The position numbers and the translations under genes were made by a program. Under the pieces are notes generated by a model. The model was given only the letters and a program-made list of their open reading frames with translations. It was not told where the DNA came from and made no database searches. Below are positions 38,322-47,930 of a stretch of DNA of 64,000 bases, piece after piece (the stretch's first letter is position 1; each line of letters begins with the position of its first letter). This stretch comes from a virus: IMG/VR virus record IMGVR_UViG_3300048836_000098, positions 1 to 64,000 of that record; one strand, given 5' to 3'.

Positions 38322-41300
38322 TTATAAAAACCATCTGGCAAGCGGGTCTGTTTGATTTCTCCCTGCGCCTCTCAATGTGATAAAGTTGTTCTGCGAGTTA
38401 CTCGTAGTGCTTGACGCGCCTGTTGCACCATTGATTCCAGACAGACCGCCGAACGACGCAACGTTTCCAAGCTTAGCCAGAACGCCATCAAGTGTCGTTG
38501 ACAAGTCTCCCAAGTCCTCTATCATTGGGTTAATAAGATTGTTCCTCCAAGCTTCAGTTGTCAGCGGCGCGTAGGTGTTTACGGCATTAAGCATCGAGAT
38601 TCCTGCCGTGTCTGCCGCTCCCGCCATCTGTTGTTCGATTACAACGCCAGTGTCGGTAGCGTTCTGAACAACTGCTTCAAACGCCGTGCTGAACGCATCC
38701 TCAACCGCTTTCTTCGCGGATTCCATGTCAAGATTATTGAACTCCCACTTTGCGAGGATTTCATCGAGCGCAGTTCCCAGCGCGTTCACGGTGTCGCTCC
38801 ACTGCTTCTCAACCTCTTGGCTTGCATCATCTTCGGCGTTGAACTCAGGGTTCACGCGCAACAGGATTCCAAGCCCCCGTCTATCCAGTTCAAGCAACTC
38901 GCTCTCGCTCGTAGCCTGCCCGAGTAAGCCGTTGATATACTCGTTAATCTCGTCGGCCGAAAGCGTCCTGCCATCGTCCAGAACCATGCTGTAGTGAATC
39001 GCCCAATCGTCGCCATTCTGGTCTTTGAACGCATCCCACTGCGTCTTTATTCCAGCAAGCTTGTCAGAGAAATCAACGTCGCTCGTATACTGCGAAGCGT
39101 CGAACATCTCGTAGAACTTCTTGATCTTTTCGGGAAGATTCTCATTGTCCATTTCGAGCAGAGCGTTGATTAAAACGTCTTTGTTCTGTTCGAGAACGGA
39201 TGCTTCATCAGCCATCACTTGACCGATTCCGCCCCCTCCGCCGCCTCCGCCTCCCGCGCTACGCAATGCTTCAATCTGCGCGTCGATAGCTTCAACCATC
39301 GCGTCTTTCCATTCTTCAATAGCCGCGATTTGGTCATCCATGTTCCAGTCTTGAAGCTGTTCCTGCCAATCGCTATCCAGTTCGGCAAGTTTCTTTTCGG
39401 ACTCGTATTCATCCGCCCTAGCATCTGCACCAGAACGAGATTGAGCACGGCGAACATCAGCCAATGCCTCCGAACGGTTCGCAAGATAATCATCACGCTT
39501 GCGCTTTCGGTCTTCCGCATCGGACATTTTTTTCAGCGCGTCGATTCTTGCTTTGGCTTCGTCCTCGATTGCTTTCTTACGCGCTTCGAGAATCTTGATC
39601 TGCGGGTCTTCACCGCCGCCACCGCCACCACCAGAAGTCTTTTGTGTTCCAGTAGCCGTACCACTGAACGAAGCAAGCGTGGCAATGGTAGACCCAGCCG
39701 CCGCACGAAGATTGTACATCGCCGCAGAAGCCGTGAGAATTTGGTTTGCCATTGCGATAGCCTTAGAACCTGTAGTGTTCTGCACGTAGCCCAGTTCGTA
39801 GAGTTTTTGAGCAAGCGTTTCGACGCTATATCCGCTAGAATACGCAGAGGCGATCAGCCCTTGCAGTCCCGCCGCCGCGCTCCCACTGGAACCCGCAACC
39901 TTTCCTGCCGCATCATACGCTTCATCGTTCGCATACGCGCTAAACTCCGCCGCAATCGCGGACGCATATTCAGCTTCTTTAAGTGCAAGGTTCGTTTCAA
40001 TCAGTTTCAACTTCGACTCAATGAGCGCATCCGTCGCACTCTGGTTCATCGAAATTCCATTAGAAGAAACGTCTAGCAACGCAATATATTCGGGTTCAAG
40101 TTCCATAAGCTGTTGAAGCATGTCAACGCTCATAATGCCAGTCTCATTATATTCATCGATAATCGACTGCAATGTAGAAACTGATCCTTGTGCGCTGTCC
40201 ATGTCTTCCGTAATGCCTTTAATAGCCGCGCTGATCTCTTCCAGAGACTTCGTGTAAACGCCCTGTACTTGCGCACCTTCGGAAAGAGCGTCGTTATAGG
40301 TGTACGCAGCTTTAGCTACCGTATCGAACTCTGGATAAAGCAGGAGCATTTCAGCGCGCATTGCGGCGGCGTATTCAGCCGTTACTCGACCTTGAGTAGC
40401 CGCTTGGTCTAAGATATTAATATAGTTATCAAACTCTGCTTGCGTATCAATCAAGCCTTTTGCTTTTTCTGCATTCGCGTCGAGAAAGGCTTGACCCGCC
40501 GCTAGGTCTTCCTCTGCCTTTTTAGCCGCATCGACTTTGGCTTGATATTCAGCTATCTTCGCGTTCACTGCCGCTAGAGCATCTACGCCATCTTCGCCCA
40601 TCGCCCCGAACTCAGCCGCCCATTCTTCAAGTTTGTCAATCGCCGCTTGAGCGCCTTGTTCTTTGGCTAACTTATCGATAGCAGATGTGGTATCTTCTCC
40701 GCCTGCTATGCCCTTCGGAAGATTCCATACTTCGGATAATGTAAACGGTTTTGGCGTGTTCAAATCCTTATTCGCCGCATCCGCCGCTGCCTGCAAATCT
40801 TGCAAGTTCTTCTTCGCATTCTCTACTTGCGCTTCTCTTAACTTGGCAATGTTCTCGTCAACCTTTCCATTGACCAAATCCCATCCTTCTGCCTGATCTC
40901 CAAGAATAGCAACGATATCCTCGTGTATTTTTTTAGCAGAAGCAAGCGCGGTTTCGTCGCCCGACTTGAATCCAGCAGAGTTCGCCAGTTCTTCGTACTT
41001 ATTGATTAGCGAATTGAGCGATTCGGTTTCTTTTCTTGCCGCATCACCCGCGTCCAATAGCTTTTGGCGGTTCGCTTCTGCCGCCGCGTTTACTCCGTTG
41101 ATTGCACCGATAAGCAACGATAGCGCGGTCACAACGAGTCCAATCCATCCAAACGCCGCCTGTAAGCCTGTAACGGCAACCTTCGCCGCATTAGCACCAG
41201 TAACAGCCGTTTTGAACGCTTGTCCCCACCCCGTTATCATTTCGGAAATCTGTTGAGCCTTAATCATCGTAAGGATTCCGAGAAGTGCAAACAGAGAAAC

Positions 41301-42719
41301 TTTTAATCCGCCAGTGTTTCCGATCAGCTTTGCCATCCCGATTGCCGCGTCCGATATGAATTTAAGAAACTCTAAGAATCCCGCATCGCCAAACTCAACT
41401 GCGAGTTGCTTCCAAGACGCGCTAAGCTGATTCGATATAGCGGTCAGCGTTGCCATGTACTTTTCGTTTTCAGTGACCGAATAACCCTCTGCATCGGTCA
41501 TGTTGCGAACGGCTTCTGCGGCGGTATCGAGATTGTCGAGTACGACAATGAACGCATTCTTTCTATACGCGCCTGCCGTCGAATATATTGATTGAATTTC
41601 TTTTCCGTTTGCTCTTTCTGTTTCAACTAACTTCTGGTATTCTTCGCTGTCCGCAAGAAACCGATCGGTGGCTTCTTCGTCTGTCGCCATAAACTCAGCA
41701 AAAGCAACGTTGCCGCCCTTAATCTTTTGCGCCAATTCAGACCACAGCTCAAGAACAGGACGCATATTTCCTTCTGCATCCTCTGGGTCAATGCCCATTT
41801 CTCTCATAACGTTTAGCGACTTTGTTTTTGTGGTATAGGTAATAAGCGAACTAATCGCCGTGCCTAAGTAGTCACCAGAACGTCCAGTTGCTTCACCAAG
41901 AGCCGTGATAGTACCAATCAATTCCTCTAGCGACATTCCGTACGTCTTAGCCGTGCTGCCCGCTCTCTGCATTGCCGCAACGATTGCTTCCGATGTAATT
42001 GCGTAATCGTCAGCGGTTTTATTGATCTTGTCGATCAGACCAACGTAGTCATCGGCTTCAAGATTCCATTGCGCCATAACAGCGATCAGACCTTGTGTAG
42101 CTTGCGTTACATCGAGTTCAGCCGTGTTCAAAGCAAGCATCGTTCCGCGAGTCAGCGTCAGAACATCATCCCAAGATTTACCTGTTTGCGCGAAAAGAGT
42201 AGCCGACTCCTGAACCTCTTCAAAAGTGCGACCGTATTCGTAAGCGATATCGTAGAGTGCGCCTGAAACATTAGACGAAGAAACGTCCTCGTTCAAGACA
42301 CGCTGTAAGCCTACGACTGCTGTTTCGGTTTCTTTGACCGTGCTAATTAGATTCTTGAATCCGTTGATAACTCCCTGAATCAGATAGAACGCGGCGAGCC
42401 AACGAGCCTTGTCGGATAACTTTTGGAGGAAGCCTTGCGCGTTCTTTCCACTTTCCTTGAACTTCTCGTCAAGTTCTCCGAGTTTTCCTTTCGCCGTATT
42501 AACGTCAGCTTCCACCGTCGAAACGATCGCGCTCTTTTTAGATGACTTCTTCGCTCCGTCCTTAGAACCAGAACCACCGGCAGAAAAGTTATTATTCCAT
42601 GCATCCTGCGCCGCTTTAGCCGATTCCTCAACAGTTGCTGGAATAGACTGCAACTGCGCTTGCATCTGCGTCAGATCGAATGCTAGTGAAGTTAGGTGCT
42701 TTGTTTCGGTGGTAGCCAT
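38322..42719 (-). CDS. Tape measure protein
   Basis: 1465 aa, Ala-rich helical; TP901-like core (FAQTGK...LNTAEL; TGRSG..LGT); follows the tail chaperones. Confidence 0.92.
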   Translation of the reverse strand: MATTETKHLTSLAFDLTQMQAQLQSIPATVEESAKAAQDAWNNNFSAGGSGSKDGAKKSSKKSAIVSTVEADVNTAKGKLGELDEKFKESGKNAQGFLQKLSDKARWLAAFYLIQGVINGFKNLISTVKETETAVVGLQRVLNEDVSSSNVSGALYDIAYEYGRTFEEVQESATLFAQTGKSWDDVLTLTRGTMLALNTAELDVTQATQGLIAVMAQWNLEADDYVGLIDKINKTADDYAITSEAIVAAMQRAGSTAKTYGMSLEELIGTITALGEATGRSGDYLGTAISSLITYTTKTKSLNVMREMGIDPEDAEGNMRPVLELWSELAQKIKGGNVAFAEFMATDEEATDRFLADSEEYQKLVETERANGKEIQSIYSTAGAYRKNAFIVVLDNLDTAAEAVRNMTDAEGYSVTENEKYMATLTAISNQLSASWKQLAVEFGDAGFLEFLKFISDAAIGMAKLIGNTGGLKVSLFALLGILTMIKAQQISEMITGWGQAFKTAVTGANAAKVAVTGLQAAFGWIGLVVTALSLLIGAINGVNAAAEANRQKLLDAGDAARKETESLNSLINKYEELANSAGFKSGDETALASAKKIHEDIVAILGDQAEGWDLVNGKVDENIAKLREAQVENAKKNLQDLQAAADAANKDLNTPKPFTLSEVWNLPKGIAGGEDTTSAIDKLAKEQGAQAAIDKLEEWAAEFGAMGEDGVDALAAVNAKIAEYQAKVDAAKKAEEDLAAGQAFLDANAEKAKGLIDTQAEFDNYINILDQAATQGRVTAEYAAAMRAEMLLLYPEFDTVAKAAYTYNDALSEGAQVQGVYTKSLEEISAAIKGITEDMDSAQGSVSTLQSIIDEYNETGIMSVDMLQQLMELEPEYIALLDVSSNGISMNQSATDALIESKLKLIETNLALKEAEYASAIAAEFSAYANDEAYDAAGKVAGSSGSAAAGLQGLIASAYSSGYSVETLAQKLYELGYVQNTTGSKAIAMANQILTASAAMYNLRAAAGSTIATLASFSGTATGTQKTSGGGGGGGEDPQIKILEARKKAIEDEAKARIDALKKMSDAEDRKRKRDDYLANRSEALADVRRAQSRSGADARADEYESEKKLAELDSDWQEQLQDWNMDDQIAAIEEWKDAMVEAIDAQIEALRSAGGGGGGGGGIGQVMADEASVLEQNKDVLINALLEMDNENLPEKIKKFYEMFDASQYTSDVDFSDKLAGIKTQWDAFKDQNGDDWAIHYSMVLDDGRTLSADEINEYINGLLGQATSESELLELDRRGLGILLRVNPEFNAEDDASQEVEKQWSDTVNALGTALDEILAKWEFNNLDMESAKKAVEDAFSTAFEAVVQNATDTGVVIEQQMAGAADTAGISMLNAVNTYAPLTTEAWRNNLINPMIEDLGDLSTTLDGVLAKLGNVASFGGLSGINGATGASSTTSNSQNNFITLRGAGRNQTDPLARWFL

Positions 42720-42735
42720 GCTGTCACGCTCCGTT

Positions 42736-43137
42736 CTATTCGGTGCTAGTCGGTATCTTGTACTTGTTCGGGTTAAACTGCGAGAAGTTGCTTAGGAAGT
42801 CTTTGTCGAGCGGTGTAGGCGGTGTCTCTGCGGCTTTTTTAGCCAATTCGCGTTCAGCCTTTAAGTCTCGCGGATATGCGCCCATGCTCAACTGCCCTTT
42901 AGCGTTCTTCTTGCGGCTGTCTTTATCTCCATCTTCTGGTACTCCAAGATTCTCGCATGCGCGTTTCACATATCGTCCATAGAGTTCTGTCAGATACGCT
43001 CTTGAACTTGTAAGGATTTCTTGCTTGTTCATCCCCGCATAATACCTCAACGCGGAAAAGAACTCTGCGTAATCAAGCGGCGTTGCATCAGCATCAGATT
43101 GTTGGGTCATGCCGCCGCCCTGCACAACCCGCTTCAA
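42736..43137 (-). CDS. Tail assembly chaperone GT extension (reached by -1 frameshift)
   Basis: Open in the -1 frame right after the slippery heptamer. Confidence 0.75.
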   Translation of the reverse strand: MKRVVQGGGMTQQSDADATPLDYAEFFSALRYYAGMNKQEILTSSRAYLTELYGRYVKRACENLGVPEDGDKDSRKKNAKGQLSMGAYPRDLKAERELAKKAAETPPTPLDKDFLSNFSQFNPNKYKIPTSTE

Positions 43138-43793
43138 AAACCCGATAGTTCGTGCAAATAGCAGATCATTCCTTCGATCTCACCCTTGTTCAGTCCGAAC
43201 TTGCGCTCAAGGTCATAGAAGCGAATCTTGCGTCCCTTATAAGTCACCTTGCGCTCAATCCACATTGCAAGAATCATCGCGTTCGGATTGTCGCAGTAGT
43301 AAAGATAATTGCGTTTGGTTCTCTTTATTCTCCAAACAGACGCATCCGTAATCGGCTTTCCCGTTGGAAATAAACGTTCGATGCTTCTTTTGTTCTGCCG
43401 CTCCATCTCTGCCAAACGTCTGTTTGAGAAGAAGAACTGTAGGAACTGCCCCGATTCTTTCTCGTTCAGCATCCGCTCTTTGCCATCTTCGCCCTTAATC
43501 GGCTTCGGAACAGGTGACATAGTGAGCGATTCTAGGTATTCATCTTCTTCACCAAGATAGATCGGCTTGACTTCAAACTTAAAACCATTCGCGAAGAACT
43601 TCCCGCGTTCAAGCATAATATCTTTCTTGAGTTCTTTTTCTTGCGCGTACAACTGCGCCACCGTCATTTCCGATTCTGCAACAGCCTTCTTTGAAGAAGG
43701 GGCGGTATACGTCTTACCGCTTACCGCCCCATTCGCGTTTTGGCTTGTTACAGCAGACGGCTTCTTGGTCAATGTCTGCTGGCTGTCGTTCAT
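43134..43793 (-). CDS. Tail assembly chaperone G
   Basis: Between major tail and tape measure genes; ends in a slippery site. Confidence 0.75.
   Translation of the reverse strand: MNDSQQTLTKKPSAVTSQNANGAVSGKTYTAPSSKKAVAESEMTVAQLYAQEKELKKDIMLERGKFFANGFKFEVKPIYLGEEDEYLESLTMSPVPKPIKGEDGKERMLNEKESGQFLQFFFSNRRLAEMERQNKRSIERLFPTGKPITDASVWRIKRTKRNYLYYCDNPNAMILAMWIERKVTYKGRKIRFYDLERKFGLNKGEIEGMICYLHELSGF
43137..43143 (-). promoter_or_regulatory. -1 ribosomal frameshift site G-GGT-TTT
   Basis: Minus strand TCG GGT TTT TGA; X XXY YYZ heptamer directly before the stop; the -1 frame reads TTG AAG CGG... Confidence 0.8.
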
Positions 43794-43812
43794 TCGTTTA
43801 TTCCTCTGTCAC

Positions 43813-44703
43813 TTAGACCGTTGCCGTGGAAAGAGCTTCGATGTATTCCTTATACACCTTGACACCCTTCGGAACAGGCGCGGAAGTGAAGTTGTAGGTC
43901 AGCGGGTTGTTGATCGACTTCTGCGTGGTCGTGTCCGTGATATCGCCGTCGTAGGTTGCCCGCTCGATAATGGTCGTGCGCGGGTAGACTTCCTCGGACT
44001 CTGCGCTCTTTGCGAAGCCAAAGACTTCAACGCGGAACATTGGGGTTGCAAGCTGCTCGTTGTTCTCGATCAGCATGCCGCCATACGGCATCACTTTGTG
44101 GAACACGCAACGAAGCGCGATATCCTCGTAGTCAGACGAGAACGACATAATCTTAGTGTCGGGGTCATACTCGAAGATACCAACTTCCAGAGTCGTTACG
44201 GACGCGCCGCCGTTCTCCAAGAAGTTACCGAAGCCATCCTGAACCATCAGGTCGTAATCGCCATCAGAGTCGGCTGCAGGAGTATCAACTACGCCGCCAG
44301 TCGTTCCGAACGCAACCTCATAGGTATAAGGCGCGGTGGTTCCGACTTTAACTGGGGTAATCGTGGTTTCCTGACGCGAAACGTTGGCGGTTGCACCAGC
44401 CGCGAGTTCGGTGACGGTACGGTTTGCCGCAAGAGCGTGGAAGCGCGGATCGTACACGTTCGACACAATCGCGACTTTGAACTGCGCACCAGTTGCGAAC
44501 GGCTTATCATTACCGTTGCCATTAGCAAGCGTCTCCATCGTTCTAGTTTCGGACGTTTGAGTGCTCTGCAAGAAATCTCGCTGAGTAGCAATAGCCTTCG
44601 ACTTGTCCGGCGTTCCATTTTTATCGAGCGGCGTGAGGATGACTACGCCCGCTTCATACGGTACGAAATCGCCCATAACGCTCGTTTGAGCCTGTCTAGC
44701 CAT
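43813..44703 (-). CDS. Major tail tube protein
   Basis: Synteny; Thr/Ala-rich beta protein; biased codon usage like the capsid gene. Confidence 0.75.
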   Translation of the reverse strand: MARQAQTSVMGDFVPYEAGVVILTPLDKNGTPDKSKAIATQRDFLQSTQTSETRTMETLANGNGNDKPFATGAQFKVAIVSNVYDPRFHALAANRTVTELAAGATANVSRQETTITPVKVGTTAPYTYEVAFGTTGGVVDTPAADSDGDYDLMVQDGFGNFLENGGASVTTLEVGIFEYDPDTKIMSFSSDYEDIALRCVFHKVMPYGGMLIENNEQLATPMFRVEVFGFAKSAESEEVYPRTTIIERATYDGDITDTTTQKSINNPLTYNFTSAPVPKGVKVYKEYIEALSTATV

Positions 44704-44773
44704 GTTATCCTTCCTTTCTTACTCCATTTAGGAGTTATCATGTTTATTGTGGTTTTATCTATATACCATCATC

Positions 44774-45205
44774 CTACTGGCTAATTGCTGTTCGGACTTT
44801 GTTATATACCGTTTCATATGCCATAAACCGCGTCGCTACTTGATACAGCGAGTTTACGGACGATAGAGCCATTGGCGGGTCTAAGAGTTCAAGTCTGTGC
44901 TTTCCTCCGACCACCTTGTTATGCAGGAGCGCGATTATCTGGTCAGCACCATTATCAACGCTTCCGCTCTTTGCGTTCGATGCCGACAAAAGAACTTCAT
45001 ACACGATACCGTGCGCGAGTTGATTCCCTGTCTTTTCGGGCTGAACGTTGTAGATAAAAATCTGTACCTTTGTCGGGTCAATCGTCGCATCACTGTTTTT
45101 GAAGTTAAACGTCTGTGCGGGATCGAATCCAAGCGTAAGCATAAGCGGGTCTGTCGTAAGAACCGTCTTAATAGTTGCTTTATCCTTGAACGGCGTAATT
45201 GCCAT
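44774..45205 (-). CDS. Tail terminator-like protein
   Basis: Size and position before the tail tube. Confidence 0.55.
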   Translation of the reverse strand: MAITPFKDKATIKTVLTTDPLMLTLGFDPAQTFNFKNSDATIDPTKVQIFIYNVQPEKTGNQLAHGIVYEVLLSASNAKSGSVDNGADQIIALLHNKVVGGKHRLELLDPPMALSSVNSLYQVATRFMAYETVYNKVRTAISQ

Positions 45206-45220
45206 GCTTAATACCTCTCG

Positions 45221-45811
45221 CTAAACTTCTACAAAGAACCGATCTATTCCGTCTATCCATTCTTGCATCTTCATCGCGATAACACGCTTCGCTCGACCTT
45301 CTGCTTGACACAGCCACGCTTCCGCGTTCTGAATCGCCATAGTAGGAGCTATCGGCGTTATCTTAGTTCGCGTTCCATCTTCGTTCGTGATGTACTTTCC
45401 TTCGATGTTTCTACCGCGATTTCGTCCACTCGATTCATGCGTCACGCCCCACGGGTCAATGTAACTTCCTTTGGGTCTGCCGACGATTGGCGTTCCGGGT
45501 CTTGCAGGGTTAAATTCTGCCGAAGCTTTATATTCGCTCCAATATGATCCAGCGCTCGTGTCCGCTAAACTGCCCGTTCCGTAACTGCTCAATATCGCAT
45601 CCGCATAGAATGCGACTTGCTGTTTGATAATCGAAGTTCCGACCAGTTCTGCCGCATTCAGTTCTGTTGCGGCTTGCCCTTCTGCTGATAATCCAGAACC
45701 GCTTCCTTGACCTCGCGTCTCATTGACGAACCATTGCATTATTTCTCCTGACGCGGCGGTAACGTGCTCAACGAGACTAATCATCGCCAAGTCGCTTCTA
45801 AACGTCAGCAT
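45221..45811 (-). CDS. Neck/tail completion protein
   Basis: Synteny; YGTG motif. Confidence 0.5.
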   Translation of the reverse strand: MLTFRSDLAMISLVEHVTAASGEIMQWFVNETRGQGSGSGLSAEGQAATELNAAELVGTSIIKQQVAFYADAILSSYGTGSLADTSAGSYWSEYKASAEFNPARPGTPIVGRPKGSYIDPWGVTHESSGRNRGRNIEGKYITNEDGTRTKITPIAPTMAIQNAEAWLCQAEGRAKRVIAMKMQEWIDGIDRFFVEV

Positions 45812-45812
45812 G

Positions 45813-46520
45813 TCAGCTTACCGCCTGTCCCCTAGTGTCAACGGACAACTGGCAAGCAATCGTTCCAGTGACAACGTTTCCCGCGCCAATATTCATCATC
45901 GAAGTATCAATGCTGTCTACGCGATACCGAATCTTTTTCAAGGCATTTACGCCTGTAGTCGGATTCATCTCGAAACCGTAGCGCAGAATGATGTTTGAGT
46001 TCGACAGCGTGTATCTAGCGGGGAACTTGGCAACGCAAATCGTCTTATCGGCGTTACCGTCCGTTGTCTGCTGTTGACGCTGTAGCGTTTCCGTCACGTA
46101 GGCATATACGCCCGATTGAACCACCGTTGCGCCCAATTCCGTATTGCCAGTGGTCGCATTCGTCGTTTCAACTAGCCTTGCAATGTCAATCACCTCTGTC
46201 GTTTCCATCGCAAAGATATTCGCAATCTTCGGCGTAGTCGGTTCTGGAATCACGGAAACAAGCATATACTTTCTAGTTGGAAACCTTGACCGAACAAAAT
46301 AGCTTCCTCTAAGCGCAATCGCTGTAGCCGCATCGGGAAACGTCATAACGCCATAGAATAGATACTCGCGCTCTGCTTGCATATACGAGGACTTCGTGTT
46401 CGGGACTGCTGACATCTTCTGCGCATACTGCGTTCCAGACGGAGACGTGATTACAACATCTTCCGCCATAGTCGGGTCTTGCAAAAGGTTGTAGAAGTCA
46501 GCACCCGCTTGCTCGTACAT
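45813..46520 (-). CDS. Head-closure-like protein
   Basis: Synteny only. Confidence 0.45.
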   Translation of the reverse strand: MYEQAGADFYNLLQDPTMAEDVVITSPSGTQYAQKMSAVPNTKSSYMQAEREYLFYGVMTFPDAATAIALRGSYFVRSRFPTRKYMLVSVIPEPTTPKIANIFAMETTEVIDIARLVETTNATTGNTELGATVVQSGVYAYVTETLQRQQQTTDGNADKTICVAKFPARYTLSNSNIILRYGFEMNPTTGVNALKKIRYRVDSIDTSMMNIGAGNVVTGTIACQLSVDTRGQAVS

Positions 46521-46521
46521 G

Positions 46522-46974
46522 TTAAATCCATCCAGTCTTGCGCGGCGTATGCGTCACTCGGAATCCCGCGAACGAACTTCCTGCAACGCCTGTAATCTCG
46601 GAAACCAATGTATCAATCACCGACTCAAACGATTCTCCCGCGACTTGCGCTTTCTCGTTGAACTCCATCTGCATAGTCGGAGTCTTTTGGCTCTTTCGCA
46701 CAAACTTCGACGCGATCTCACGGAAGTAAACGGCGGTCTGCAATACGATGCAACTCTCAAACAGAACAAAGTTCGCTTCGGACAGCGTTTCCCACCCAGT
46801 GATTCTCGCCTTAATCTTTCTCTCCGCAAGCGGGGCTTTTTCGGGGAAGTCCATAGACGCATTGGCAATATCCGTAGCACTCGAAAGCCCAAGCGCACCA
46901 CGCACTCGGTCGTAGAAATTCGCTATATCTGCGTAGCTTTCCCATTCGGGCGGATAAGACTGCTCCGTTGCCAT
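46522..46974 (-). CDS. Head-tail adaptor-like protein
   Basis: Synteny; start after RBS GGAGG; helical. Confidence 0.5.
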   Translation of the reverse strand: MATEQSYPPEWESYADIANFYDRVRGALGLSSATDIANASMDFPEKAPLAERKIKARITGWETLSEANFVLFESCIVLQTAVYFREIASKFVRKSQKTPTMQMEFNEKAQVAGESFESVIDTLVSEITGVAGSSFAGFRVTHTPRKTGWI

Positions 46975-47005
46975 CGAGACTTCCTCCATCATTCGAGAAT
47001 TACTA

Positions 47006-47040
47006 TATATAATATATAATCTTTTCAGTCTACTTGTCAA
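47006..47040 (-). promoter_or_regulatory. sigma-A promoter with AT box
   Basis: TTGACA-18-TATATT; 19-nt plus-strand tatataatatataatcttt is identical to 52479-52497. Confidence 0.7.
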
Positions 47041-47061
47041 GCATTACGTGGTTTTATGCGC

Positions 47062-47370
47062 AAAATAGGCACTGTCCAACCCGCTTTCAACAAACAAGTG
47101 GTAGTGCCTACTTTGAAAGATGCATAGCTCATGCCACGCATTTGCCAGACTTGCCCATAGTCCAGCATACAGGGGTGGTTAATCCCCCAAATCTAAACTC
47201 CAAGACCGCCATCGCGAATCATCAGTTCCATCGCACGATCTCGCGAACCATTCTTCTTGGTCAATCCTCTGTGATACTTCTGCGGCGTACCGTTCACAGC
47301 AACCGTCTTAGGCGCGCCTCGGCTCATTGACAGCCCTCTGGACGCGCTTTGTATACGAACGCCACTATTC
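47062..47370 (-). ncRNA. Candidate ~300-nt structured ncRNA
   Basis: Several stems: taggcact/agtgccta, gccagact/agtccagc, gggg/cccc, ccaaga/tcttgg enclosing tcgcga/tcgcga, gcgcgcc/gacgcgc enclosing ggct/agcc; no convincing ORF. Confidence 0.5.
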
Positions 47371-47394
47371 CTATTTCCGATGCTGATAATCACA

Positions 47395-47793
47395 CTAGAA
47401 GGCTCCCTGTGCTTGTAAAAACAATATAAGTCCGGCGATAAACATCACGATAACCCACCAATTTGTCTTGACAGTCTGCATCCAATCGATCTTGCCTTTT
47501 TCGTCAAGCTGACTGATAACCTTGCTCTGAACAGACGTTTTTTCTTTCAGACTTTTTATGCCATCCTCAACGTTACAAAGCCGACCGTCCAAGCGAACGA
47601 GCGTGACATTTAAGCTACTTAGAATTGTTGGCAAGTCCGTAAGGCTATCGAGCGTGGTTTCAACTTTAGTAATGCACTTTGAATGCTCTTTGACTTCGTT
47701 TTCGATTCCGTCCACGCGCTTTGTCATTCTATCCTCCACGCGGGTTATTACGCTTTCTAGCTCCACCCGCGTAACGAAATCCTGTTCGCTCAT
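47395..47793 (-). CDS. Coiled-coil protein with C-terminal TM (XhlA/holin-like)
   Basis: Heptad repeats, then WWVIVMFIAGLILFL. Confidence 0.6.
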   Translation of the reverse strand: MSEQDFVTRVELESVITRVEDRMTKRVDGIENEVKEHSKCITKVETTLDSLTDLPTILSSLNVTLVRLDGRLCNVEDGIKSLKEKTSVQSKVISQLDEKGKIDWMQTVKTNWWVIVMFIAGLILFLQAQGAF

Positions 47794-47830
47794 GCTGTCA
47801 GTTTCCTTTCGTTTCATCGAAAAAGACAAA

Positions 47831-47876
47831 TTATATATTATATATAAATCATACACAACATATAGAGCAATGTCAA
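47831..47876 (-). promoter_or_regulatory. sigma-A promoter with AT box
   Basis: TTGACA-17-TATGAT followed by TATATATAATATATAA. Confidence 0.7.
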
Positions 47877-47887
47877 CAATAAAGCAC

Positions 47888-47917
47888 AAAAAAAGAAGGG
47901 GACGAATCCCCTCCTTT
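47888..47917 (-). terminator. Intrinsic terminator after the major capsid gene
   Basis: AAAGGAGGGGA-TTCG-TCCCCTTCTTTTTTT. Confidence 0.88.
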
Positions 47918-47930
47918 ATTGTTGGGTTGG

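Noticed and set aside
39219-44784. Long plus-strand ORFs such as 39219-40076 and 43567-44784
   Set aside because: Antisense shadows of codon-biased structural genes; no motifs or RBS.
47219-47225. Second hammerhead (CTGATGA on the minus strand)
   Set aside because: No stem II-GAAA-stem III-NUH arrangement follows it.
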